Position numbers and translations under genes: made by a program | The notes under the pieces: generated by a model | The model's input: the letters and a program-made list of their open reading frames with translations, nothing else | Database searches by the model: none | Told to the model about the DNA's origin: nothing | NCBI GenBank assembly: GCA_004764695.1 | Contig: SMSO01000004.1 | Coordinates: 1,922,001 to 1,986,000, forward strand | DNA: 64,000 nt | DNA from: Schizochytrium sp. TIO01 | Lineage: Eukaryota > Protista > Bigyra: Labyrinthulomycetes | Direction of reading: 5' to 3' | In this document: positions 22,757-35,300 of the stretch, piece after piece | How positions within the stretch are numbered: position 1 is the stretch's first letter | How the letters are laid out: each line of letters begins with the position of its first letter

Positions 22757-25700
22757 CTACTCTCATTTATAAGTTGGTTTACATTTTATGGGAATGATGG
22801 AAGTCGACTGCAGAAATAATTTTTCGTTTACATGCTAACCACTATATTTGGTTGGTGCAAGAATTGTTTTCAAGGAGGTCGAAGGTCGAAGAGACTGTCG
22901 CATTTGGAGTGTGAGGCGAAGGAAGACACTCCTAATTTTGCTAGTATCAACATGTTTATTTGGCTCTAGGAACAGCTGTGGACTTGTAGCATCATTCAGG
23001 CTAATAGAGACTCGATGGGATTTCAGGCGACCGACGTTTTTAGGCAGCAGTGGCAACACAAGTGGTGACTAGCTCCCGAGAAGGCTTCGAAATGATCAAG
23101 ACGCTTTCAAAACCAAGAGTACCATCTTCAAAGCAAAACATCAATTTTATCGTAACTATTAAAAAGTAATTAAACAAAAAAAAGTCAAAATCGAAAGACT
23201 TGTGTACTCCTCACTCTCCATATATATATATATATCCCTCTCTTTGAATTAAGCTTGCACAAGTTTTCATTGTTGAGACTTTCCTCACCGCAGGTTCGCT
23301 GACCTTTGTTTGCACTTGCCTTCCTGCACGATAATCGTTTATACGGCCCGATACGACGGGTTTTCTTGCTGTGTCGCCCACCTTGAAGTTTTCCAAGCTC
23401 GTCATCTTCAGGCTCGCAGAATCACAGACAAACGTCGAGGTGCACTCGTCTATTCTTACTCATTTACTTGCGGGCTGTTCGTCTGTTCACGGCTTGCAGA
23501 GCAACGAATTATTTCTCCAAATGTCTTTGTTGCGTTCGTCTTGTTCACCACCAAAAGAGTAACGAGGACTTGCCAGAAGTTCGTTCGAATCGATGCTTCG
23601 TGCCTCATATACATGCACGTGTCTCGTCTGCTCGACACCTTGGTAAGAGCAAGCTCGCCACGGCCCGCGAGGAATCCTGATGCAGGTCGGCAAATGCTCA
23701 GACGAGGACGATGGTCTCCACCTGTGCACGTGCAGCGCACAGTCTTGTATTCGAGGCACCTGTGTCCACAGAACATTGTCAGGGAAAGAAAAGAAAGCAC
23801 AAAAAGGATGATAAGAAGGCAAGGTAATTAATTCTAACATAGCTGATGAGTGATAGTATAGCTTGTGATCTCGCGCGGCGCACGGGTAGTACGTGTCTTC
23901 AGGAAGGCAGAGGGCGAGGCATAAAAGGCTTTGAGGCTAACTGCATGCGTGGGCGATTGAAGGCACTGCTTGGGTGGCTGAAGAAGGCTTTGTAGCTGAG
24001 CACAAGTTTTGGGGGCTGCCAAATTTCGTTGTAAATCTTTCGACTATAAAAAATAAATGAAAAATCTTACTTGGCATCAGGTAGGCATTTACTACAGTTA
24101 AATATAGAAGTTAGGTTTTTAAATTTCTTTTTACGAGAGAGAAGAAAAGAGAATTAGAGAAAAGATTAATTTAATTACGCACGCGCGTGCACAAAGGGAC
24201 TGGCCAGAGGAAAGACACATTAGACCAGTTGGAGCTGCAGCGAGGCGCTTCAACCTCCTCGGAGTGAGACGCTACGGCACCGAAGAGTCCGCGTGGATAT
24301 GCTCGGGGATGAAAACCCCTCTGCCAGCAACGCCTCTTTTTCCGAGTTCGCGGAGGTGAGTGAAGTCCTGAAAGTATGGGTTTCCTCATTTAGGTAGGTA
24401 CGTACCGAGGTAGTGTTTTCTAAAGGCACTGCCATGGACACCGGCGCGTCTCAGTCATTTTGAGACTTAAGGTGCTCCAAGCTCTCAAGAAATTCTCTGC
24501 GAATACCTGCGTAGCTACTGGAGCCGTGCCAGGCAATCTTTGATACCAATCTTGGAGCTTCGAGGTTTGAGATCTTTTTCTGAGTACGTGGCTAATTTGT
24601 TGAATACTGTAATGCTGGCTAACTTGGTCGGTGGCAGGCGTCGCGAAAACCAGCAGCCCAGGCGTGAAAAACTGCTACTCTACACCATTCAGCTAATTTA
24701 GGCATTCAAGTAGATCGGCTGTATCGTTCAATCGTTTGGATCGTCTGCAGGCCCGGCTCGTCGCTGATTTTCGGAGCTACCACGCCATCCAGACATCAGA
24801 AGCAGACCCGCTGCTTTGCAAGTTTGCATTTGCAGAGGCCTCAAACTGCTTGACGGTGAGGCGCAGATTCAAGCTGTTAAGCTGGCAATCGCTTAATCCT
24901 AAGAGCCTCTTCAGAACGAGAAACTTACGACCTTGGTGTGGCAATCATGGAATGAAGGGGTAAACTGGAAACAATAGCCTAGATCGTACGCAGTTTTCTT
25001 CTGCGTCTGGCAATACATATATGTATATGTATATACACCTCTGCGGCACCCGATGTAAGGTTGGCGTCAGCTGTAGAGGGTCGATAACATGTATGTTTTC
25101 AAGAATCGATTGCAAGATCAACGAATTCAGGAGTTTGTCAGAACTAAAATATCAAGAAAGGAAAATGAAAGAATGACTAAACAATATTTTTAAAGTTCAG
25201 ATACGCCACTCCCGGCAACCGCGCAAGGGGTATATATATATATATATACTGAATATGCGTGGTAGTGTGCGGAACTTTGAAGTTCTTTCTGATGAGGCAG
25301 TAACAGTTCTTCACCACATTGAATAGAGATTTCGAGGATTTCTCGCGACCGCAGATAGCAATGGGCCGCGTGGCCTGTTTTGTAAACTGATGAAATAACA
25401 GTATGTGGTAGTAGTTAATTAGTCTGAACAGCTTCAAAATTGTTAAAGAAATGAAAAAATAAAAATATTATAGGTATCATAAATAACTTGAAAAATTGGC
25501 ACGTGGACATTAATTTCTCGCAGAATTGCTTCACCTTTCGCAAAAAAGCACGTTCACAGAAATAAATACCGATGCGGCCTGGCGATGAGGACAAGGGAAG
25601 TAATATATTGAGTGCCAAGAAGCGCGCCCGCCTTCCCTTTCCCAGGCCTGACTGATCTTCAAGACGCGAATGGAGGTGATATCCATACCTGGAAAGGTAA

Positions 25701-27528
25701 GTACCAAACTAGCTACGAAATCGAGCAGATGGATCGATCGATATAAGAAAGCATGGTGCGATCTCCAATTCCTCAGAGCACTCAACTTCAAAGGTGGTTG
25801 GAGATCAAGGTGGCCTGAATGCAGCCGATATGGCCATTCAGCTGTCAGAACGGCAGAACGGCCAACTTGCGCGCCGGAAACTTGAGGCTGCTCCGAGCAC
25901 AATATAGATTTCAAGCTGACCTCTCTTACGCTGTCGAACCCATACTTATCCAGACACAAAGCCTTAGGTTTAGGAGAGAAACTCGTAGAAAGACAATGAG
26001 GCTGACCAGTCCTCGTGTGCAGGTTTGTACAAAATCTGGCTCAGGCAGGTGGCAACCCGTGCGAGCCGAGACAAGGTTCTCTCGAGGTAGCTAGCTAGGT
26101 ACTGGCAAGCTGTCGTCGTGGTTGGTGTTTGCAAAGGAGTCAACATTTCCAAGCTGGTGTTGTGTTTACTGCTATTTGCGATGACTTTGAAGAAATTTGC
26201 TGGGCACGTGGACACCCACCATAACTTTTTTTCTCTTGTCTTGTCTAAAAGGCGAAGAAGCCACAAAAATGAAGGGAAGGAGAAACTAAGAAACTTCAGT
26301 ACTAAAACTTTTAGGAGGCACTTATAACTTGGTGAGCGGCAGATACCTACCTACTTAGAGTAAGTAAACAAAACAGCAATGCAGCAAACAAGTGGTAAAT
26401 ATTTCCGTGCTAGTATGTACCTTCCTACGAAATCTCAATCGACACAAGAAAATTCCTAGCCTGGTGAGTCTGAGCCACCATCATATCACAGCGTAGTGAG
26501 CTTCGCATCGACTTAAATCATCGTCGTGTACGGGTTACACAGTAATCAAAATCTTGTCAAGACTCTAGTTGGTGGTTTGTTTAAAAAAAAGAAAGAAAAA
26601 AAATTGGGATTGGTTGGCTCAAGTCGATCGATTGATCGTGAGCGTGGGCATTCTTTTGTGACTGTGGGGATATAGTGTGCGACAATGGGGAACCCGCACC
26701 CTCGCCCAACTTCAACGTGAAGGACATGAAGGTCCTGAAGAAGTTGAATGACAAGACGCGGGGCACTGTGCCAGCTCGCGAGAGGGCGCTTCTTCATTAT
26801 CGCAGTGATGTCTTTGGATGGATGACTGGTTAGCAGGACCATCCATCCATTCTCGTCGAGGGAAGCTTCCTCGCAACTTCCTATCACCTTCTTCCACGGT
26901 CCAGTCTGCGAGAGAATGAAGATTCGTCGCCTTCTGCGCCCATGGTACGCCATCAGGCCAGGCTGGCGGCAATGATGCGTGCCACGGTTGACAACGCCTT
27001 CGTCTTCGAGCAATTCATCGGGCGACCTTCAATTTTAAGGCAGCTTTCTTGGGCCAAGACCAGATCAAAGTCGAAGATAGTTGGAGCTAGATCATGATCA
27101 TGAAGACCTACCTCGTGGATCGACGGATTGATTGGCATCAGCAACGCAGCCACTAGGTACCTCAAAGGCCACCCTTGCTCGCTGCTAGTCAGCTGCGAGG
27201 CATCCACCCTTCAGCCATCCCTCCCTCGCTCCTTTGGTCCCTCGCCAGCCCACTACGAACGAACGAGCCCTGGTCGTAGCGGCCGCTTCGGCCATCGGTG
27301 CACGACAACGATCGATCGCGCCCATCGCTCAAGTTCGAGCTCAACTTATCTCTTGACATTCAACCCCTCCTCAATCCCAAGAGATTGCCAACAGAAACAG
27401 TGCCTTGGGCAGAAAGAAGGCCGTAGCTACTCATCGTGGCAATTCAGACTTTGCACAATTTGATGCAGTCCGTGTTGGACGAAGGTTGCGCAGAGGAGCT
27501 TGAGAGGGTGTTTGTTTTCAGGGATGGG

Positions 27529-27831
<303 letters not shown>

Positions 27832-30800
27832 TCTTGCGTGGCTCGTTTGTGCCTTTGATATTTATCCTAAAGAACCCCGAGTCCCTGCAAAGGCAGGCAC
27901 GCTCCAGGTCTTGGCATACGTGCTCGAGCTCAGGTCAGCCAATGCTTTGCCTCGTTCCTGTCGCGGCGGTGCCTGTCAGCTGCGCAAGGCTTACGAGGTG
28001 AAGGCGTCCGGGCGGGATATGCTGGATGGCGAGCCTGAGATAGACCTATCTCCCTTGGCGGTGGGTCAACCAACCTTTGGCACAGACAGCTCTTGCGTTG
28101 TGCCAAGTATTGAAATTGAAAGAACCGGCGCAACCCAAATTGCAAACGTCCACCCCCAATATTGGCAGCCAGGTCTTTGTTTGGGAGGGCCAAAGATAAT
28201 GAATGACTGATCTCGGTTCTGCGTGCCGAGATTGTGGAAAGACATAGATACCCAGCCACTGTGAGCGAGTGGACATGTACGTACAGACTCGGTGCCACAA
28301 GGCGATGGATGTATTGAGATCAACCACCGTAATGTGGTGGCAGACCCAGCAGTGAAGGCGCTTTCTGCACGAGCAAACCAAAGGCAGCGAGAAGCCTTTC
28401 CTCTTCACCTTGATAACGCTTATGAGGGTTGATTTCTTCTGTGCTTCGCTTCACCTGCAAACTGCGATGCATACATACCTTAACTAGTTGGGCCCAGCTA
28501 GAGTCATCATTTGGCCCAACCTGGGCTTGCGCTGCTTTTGAGATTGTGCTGTTTGTAGAGAATCAGAGAAGTGGGCAGGGACTTAATTGCGGGCCCTTCC
28601 TCTTGAGACCTTGAGCACGCACATAGGAGAAGCATTTTATACCATCCTATGTCCCGATATTATTGGCGGGTACCTGTGATACACCGTTTAATTGCATTCG
28701 TAGGTAATCAGCCGTTGCTGGCGTCTTGCCCGACTTTTGTCTTGCTAGCCGCCAGTGAATTCTGAAGTGCCTGCTACGTGCTCTTTGAGCTGTGTTGGGA
28801 GACTTTATGAGTTCTCTCGAACCGTAAAAACCACGTTGGAAGGGGACAGATGTTTCGAAGCAATCCCCAGTTACACCAGTCAAACTGGTCTTCGAGATAG
28901 CGAGCTCGCTTCAGAGAAATGGGCTCCAGTTCTAAAGTTGATCTCGCAACTGACTGACTGACTAACTGACTGTGCAATTCTGACAAATGAGGTACGACTG
29001 AAAGTAGCACTCCGGGGCACAACAGAGGAAATCTGTTTGCAAGGAACCCGCTTGCAAGAAACTATGGAGCGTGGCCCTTGATCATGTCATATGTCCCCAT
29101 TCCTTCGGACCGTTTGATGGTCAGGTCGATCTGCTGATAGAAGGCCAGCAGCGTATTTTGTGGTCAATGGGCATGTTCGCAGCCAGCAAGAATATATATG
29201 TGAAGAACACGAGGAATGCGTTGTTATGTAAGGGGGGGGGCATTGCGGACCTTCCACGTTTGCGGGAGTGCAGTGCGCTCTTTGATTGCCCAAACACAGA
29301 AAGAGGCGGAGGATGGCAGGAGTGGTAGTAGGTCTTTTCAGAAGAGGTCGGATAGGGTCACTCCGATTGTCCAATGTTTCACAGAAGAAAACCACCATCT
29401 GTGGCATCGTTGGGAACGGAAAACGTTGTGTTTCTTTTATCGTTTTTATTACCATCATAAAAGTAAGTAGCCGTCTTCTAAATAAACTTACTACCCTTTG
29501 TGTCTTCCTCCTCCTTCATAAGAGAAAGCAATAATAAACGAAGAGTTACCGGGTAGGTACGCGGGTACCCCGGAATATAAGGGGCTCACACCACCCATGT
29601 TGGAGCGGTTTGAGGGCAGTTATATAACAAGAGCGTAATTAAAGAAAGAAAGTAAGTAAGTAAGAAAGTCGTTTGCCATCTCTCATGGCCGTCATAGCCA
29701 TTGATGTTCAAGTTGGATGGACCTCGTTCGTTCCGGGGCGGTTGGAAAATTATCCAGCCGTCTTTTGTGTTCATGGAGAGTTGCCAAGTACATTTATGAA
29801 AGGTCCGTCTCCGAGGCTTCGAGTAGTCAACCTTAACTTCGCAGTATACGATGGAGAGGAGCGGAACTATGGAAAGAGACTCGAATGGAGGGACGTGGTT
29901 GAGAGGAGATTTGGCAATGCGTGCGCTAACGGAATTCGGGATTGAGAAGATGGGGACTGCAACCCGAAAGTAACAAAAAAAGGATGTTTAAAACTTTGGA
30001 GGAAATCATTTGATAACGACGATGAAAATAAGCACAAATTGATGCGAGTGCAGCCTCCGGTACCTGAAAATTTTGGAGCGTAGAATTAACTTATATTTTT
30101 ACGAATGCATCGTCCGGTTCTAGGATAATTAGTTTTCGCATGTATCTGTATATTGAAATGAGATGCGGAAGCATTTCTGTTTGTAAATAACCGAAGGAAA
30201 TGGCAAGCCTTGCGGATTCCAGGAGCGAAAAACAGAACAATTGTGTGACTGAGTTGAGCATATAAAGCAGTCCCTGTATAGACCCGCAAATTTGAAGTAC
30301 TTCGCTCTAAATTAATATGAATGACCTCAATGAAACAATAAGCTACATTTTTGTTTGTTTAATCACGTGTAGTGTCAGTGATTTAGAAATTCCCGAATTG
30401 TAATGTTGTTATTCTAAGCCTGTGCTGTTATGTAGTCCAACTGATATTCCAAACTATCTATTTTGCGCACTGAGCTTTATCTCGAATTTTGAACTATTAT
30501 TGACACCTAAATAATACTTACTTCGGTAACCCTCGGCTTGAAGTGAAATTACTATGCAACGAGGATGTTACAAGAATACGATTTGTAAATAGGTTCTTGG
30601 TTGATGGTATGATATGAAAACAGATCTTCGACTTCTGACGCAATACAAACACCCACAGCTAGCGCGAGGTATATGCGACAAGCAAGACAAGTATAAGATT
30701 TTGAATAAACCGGAATTATGAAAAGAGAATAGAACATCTTATATGTTTCAGAATTATGACTTGAATAGAAAAGATAACTGAATAAAACTATGGTAACCGG

Positions 30801-31039
30801 GTATTGTAACGGGTAGAATCGTACATTTGAAAGGTCAATTATAAGTGCTTTGACACTACTGCAAAGTATGTCAAGCAACAGCATATGTGTGCATGTATAT
30901 GATCATTAAGTTCACGTTTGTAGGAATACAAAGAGTCCAAATTACCTCTGCGTCCTTAAGCTTGTCAGTTGCGTGCGCCATTACTTCGCTCATTAGCTCC
31001 CGTGCATAAATGAGAATTACTAGCTTGGCAGCAAGCCAC

Positions 31040-32359
31040 TTAAATGCGCACGATCTTACGAGAGACGTGTACAGAAGCATTAAAGCCTTCACGTTTATCT
31101 GCACTGCGTGGGTGCGCAGGAGGTTTGGGGGTAAGGCTGAGGTTGATAGCGCGAGGGCTGTTGTTCTCCTTGGCAAAGTCCATAGGAAGCTCCTGGTCCG
31201 GGGTCATTGGACGCGGAGATGAGGCTCGCGAAGAGCCTGGTGTAACAATAAGGCGCTCGCATGCATAGGTACGCACAAGTGAGCCTACAACGGCACGTGC
31301 CATGGGGCTTGCGGCCCTGGACAGCGGTGTGGGTGTCCGCTCCGGTTGAAGCGAAGCTGTCTTGATCGGCTGATCGCGGATTGACTTACGCATTGGCGCA
31401 GGTGGTGTAGCCGGGTTGTACGAAGGTGCCCGGGGCCTGAAGGTAGACATGCCATTGTGGAGAGATGAGAGCGAGTCAGTCTTCACTGCCATTACTCTCG
31501 TAGAAGCAGCAATACTGCGTCGCTCAGAAGCAAGGGTCTTACGCACAGGGCGCGAATTCTTCTCGGCAGCCGCGAGGTCCTCGCCGAGAAAAGTCTGGAG
31601 CTTCTTGAATACAAGTGCGGTGTTTCCAGTGCGTTCAATCTCCTCCTTCACGCTCGCAGCAAGTCGAGATGTCTCGCGACGGTTCTGCTCACGACGAGCC
31701 ACCTCGGGGTACTGCAGGTTTGCCCAGAGGCGAGATTGCCAGGTCGACGGTGCCGGCTCGTCGCCGCATGATCTCCGGCGAGATTCAAGTCGAAGTCGAC
31801 GCGGGCGAGCCGGAATTTCTGATGTGTTGTCGGCCGCAGCGACTTTGTGGTGAATTTTGTTATTGTTGCCGCCCATGATGCGGGCGGAAGCGTTCTTCTG
31901 GTTTTGTGCGTCCCTGGTCTCAAGCATGAAAATGCTTTGCTCTTCCTTGAACTCCTCCAAAAGAAAGTTTCTGTTGCGACGCTCGTGGCGGTGCTCCTGC
32001 TCGATATCAAAGTCGTCACCATCCTCGCCACGAGTCGCACACCTCAGGCAGATCATCTGCTGCTGCTTGAATTTCGATGCCATCGAAGCTGCTGAAGAGG
32101 TCTTCGTAAAAGACAATCTCCTTGCAACTACACTTGGTTGCACAGAGTCTGTGCTCATCACTGTCACTGCACTGCCAACCGAGAGCACGTCGTCATCCAC
32201 GGCGGGAATTTCTGCTGCGTTGTTATTGTTGTTGCTGCTGCGGTTTTCGTAGTCCCAGCGCCGCTGTTGCACGATCTTCTGTTCCCAGAGCTTTCGTCGT
32301 GGTTCCCCTCCCCGCCGGCTAGTCTCTCTGGACAGCCTTTGCGAGTTTGCTGAGGGCAT
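31040..32359 (-). CDS. Hypothetical protein, 439 aa, largely disordered and Arg/Ser/Pro-rich
   Basis: Long ATG-initiated, GC-rich ORF with coding-like codon usage. No family recognised. Confidence 0.8.
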   Translation of the reverse strand: MPSANSQRLSRETSRRGGEPRRKLWEQKIVQQRRWDYENRSSNNNNNAAEIPAVDDDVLSVGSAVTVMSTDSVQPSVVARRLSFTKTSSAASMASKFKQQQMICLRCATRGEDGDDFDIEQEHRHERRNRNFLLEEFKEEQSIFMLETRDAQNQKNASARIMGGNNNKIHHKVAAADNTSEIPARPRRLRLESRRRSCGDEPAPSTWQSRLWANLQYPEVARREQNRRETSRLAASVKEEIERTGNTALVFKKLQTFLGEDLAAAEKNSRPVRKTLASERRSIAASTRVMAVKTDSLSSLHNGMSTFRPRAPSYNPATPPAPMRKSIRDQPIKTASLQPERTPTPLSRAASPMARAVVGSLVRTYACERLIVTPGSSRASSPRPMTPDQELPMDFAKENNSPRAINLSLTPKPPAHPRSADKREGFNASVHVSRKIVRI

Positions 32360-35300
32360 GTCGGTCGGTGCTTGCTCGAGCGAGTGATCTCGAGCTCAGC
32401 TATCTCGTTTTCGTTTTGCCGCTCCTTTCTTATAATTGGCTCGGCGAGTGAGTGAGTGAGTGATTGATTGATTAATTCTTTCTTTCTTTCCTTTTTTACT
32501 CTTTTTATTGTTGCGACCAAAGTCTTTCTTGTCTTTCAGTATTTGTTTATTGTTTTATCTGTCTCTTTGATCTCTTTCTTTCCCTATGTTCCGCAGTACA
32601 TATAGAAATAGTATGAGGGGTCGTAGACGGAGTGATTCGGGTTTGCTTCCTCGTTTCGGGTTTGCTGTTCCTTCACTTCCTTCCTCCCCTTCGCTCCCTC
32701 TTTTCCTCAGGCTAGTGAAGCAGCTAGCTAGCAACGTAGATAGGTACCACGTCTAAACTTGTTCGTTCGTTTTTTATTCATTTACAGGGAGTAATTACTG
32801 GTTATTTACTTTTATAGTCAGCTGTTTCTCTCTCCTTCGCAGTGCTACAGAATACGTTAGCCGGGGCTAGCGTGCCTGCGTTCTCTCGCTCTTTGGGTCT
32901 GATGGAGGTAGTAGCAGTGCCTACCTACTCGATAGCCTGCTCCTTCCTACTCCGTGGCTGCTAAGAGAGGGGGTAGAAGTCCTGGTAGTGCCGATTGGTT
33001 TTCTTTTCAACAACTTTTTTAAAACTTGAATTTCCTTTTTTGAAAGTTGTGAGGGGGACGTTGAATTTTTTTAATTTAAAAAAAGAAAAAGAAAAGAAAA
33101 GAAAAGAAAAAAGTATATATCGCTTTCCACGTTTTAGTGTTCCATTCTGGTCGTTAGCTTGTTTGCAGCGTTCTTTCAAAATTTCAAAAATAAAAATTGT
33201 TCTTTCGAATTTCAAATTTCTAATTCTCCGTTCCTTTTCGGACCACGATGGGGCGGGTCTAACGACTGTTAGCAGTTGCCTACACACGCCTAGCACCCTC
33301 GAGTTATGGAGACGAGTCAGAGAAGATCGCAGCAGGTCTAACCACCGCTGCAGCTGTCTGTCTGTGCCAATAGCTCTTGAAGATCTCGCTCGACCCAGCG
33401 TCGAGCCCGTGGTTGAAAGGAGGGCTAATTCGAGGCGACGTTTCCTTCCCTAACCACCGCCACGAGCCTGGCCAGTCCACGCCCGAGCGAGCCCAAGCCG
33501 CGAGGACTCGACTCTCTCTGGGCTCATTCGGGCTCGGTTTCCTACTTTCGCAATCTCTGGTCTCACTCAACTACCGAGCACTCACAACTTCTTCTCCTAG
33601 GGGGCGCCTACTCGAAACGCTAACTACTTCAGAAAGTGCGAAAGACCCGGGTCTTTCAAACACGCTCGCGGTTGTGGGCTTTTATAGTTGATCTGTTCTC
33701 AGCTGCCACGCATGACGATCAGGATGGCTCTGTTTCAAGCTGCCGCAATGGAAGAGGCCGCTCCGCTTGCTCGACCAGGAGGCGCTGGCCTCAGCCAAGA
33801 CCTGCGGCCGGCCGGCTCATCGGGATATCTGGCCGAGGCAACCAATGACCACGTTGAAAGCACGCCAGCCAGTGGAGAAAAGCTGTCCAGATCATATTTT
33901 AAAGTTAACAAGAATAGAAGGTAGAAGTACTTGAATCGAATATTAATTAGGAAAGTAGATGTAAACGCTCGCTCTCAATCGAGAGAAAGAAGAAACCAGA
34001 TCCAAGCGGGAACGCAATGCAGTCACCAGGCCAGACAGACAGCTAGCTAGCTAGCTACCTGCCCACACGAGTCTGCCTGCCTGTCGGAAGGAGCTGGCCG
34101 AGGCCCGTTACGAGTTGCCCGGACGAGAGCAAATCGAGGTGGTTCTGCATCTGTTCTGTGTTGCCCGAAGCGTTGATCCATCCATCGATATGATGCGTCT
34201 TAAGGCGAAGCTGTGCTGGCATCGAATAAGACCTCCCTTTCGTCGTTAGGTCGCTCGCTCTTTTTGGCGACCAGGCAAATAAATGTGCGACGTGGCCAGG
34301 TCAGCACTTTCTTTCTCTGATTAGTGTTCCTCTCGTTCGATTGTCCTCTAGGGTTACTCGTAGGAAGGAAGGAAGCAAGCAAGCAAGCAAGCACACGGCA
34401 TTCACTGTTGGCTTGTTTTGTTTGTTTTGTTTTGTTTTCGATTCGCTCCACCTGGCAGAGTTTATAGTTTATGATTGAAGTTGATTGATTATACGTACGT
34501 ACCTAAGAGCGCCACGAGTGGATTGCACTTTCCATGTTTTCATGACTCCGTCGGATCGTTGTGGTTTCCAAGCTTTGCTTTTCTTGCACGGTTCGGGAGG
34601 AGGATCGACGATGAAGACGTTGCTTGGAAAGGGCATGAAAGCAAGGGGCGGTGGCGAATATGTCTGAATCAGCGCAAGGGGAACTTCATTTGTCATCGTG
34701 GTTAGTAACCCTCACTTGTGCGTTGCGCCCGATCTCGTGGACTGACGGGCTGACTCTGACTGACTGAGTGACTGAGTGACTGAGTGGCTGACGTGAAGGA
34801 GGCCGCAAAATGCGGATGAATGGAGAAATGACTCACTCAGTATCGAGCGGAAACAGGCTCTCGAGCTTCGGCGAAAGCTGAGGATGTAAGTAAGCAATTC
34901 CTGAGATGGATTTTCCCTCACTCGGTGCTTAGAAGAAGCTTGAAAGAAGGAGAGAAAGCCCGCTCAAGATGACTGATTCCGCAAGGCTGGGTGATATTTC
35001 TAGAGGCCTGGATTGCGTTTGACAGCGTGGACTCTTGTCCGAATTCACGGGAGAGGACATATTATATTATTTTGATAGTCGGAGAGCTGACTACGCTCGT
35101 TTGGGACTCTGACTGAGGGATAGCGCGGAGATCAGGGCCTGCTTCAGGGCACTCGCTCCTGGACAGCCTTTTGGTGATTTTTAAGACTACACAAAGTCCG
35201 TTCGACGGGGAAACTGCCGCAGCACCGCACAGCGCTGCTGCTGCTTAGCTCTTTTGGAATGAAGAACGTTTGTAGTGCAGCTTTCATCGAAAGCAGAAGG

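Noticed and set aside
24360-24382. CATACTTTCAGGA on the minus strand resembling the U3 snoRNA 5' end
   Set aside because: No box A (GATCATTTCTATAG), box B, box C or box D downstream.
25286-25428. CTGATGA motifs suggesting a hammerhead ribozyme or C/D snoRNA
   Set aside because: No stem II plus GAAA core, no convincing terminal stem and no recognisable rRNA guide.
29233-29285. Vague tRNA-like sequence on the minus strand
   Set aside because: No T-loop GTTCRA and no cloverleaf.
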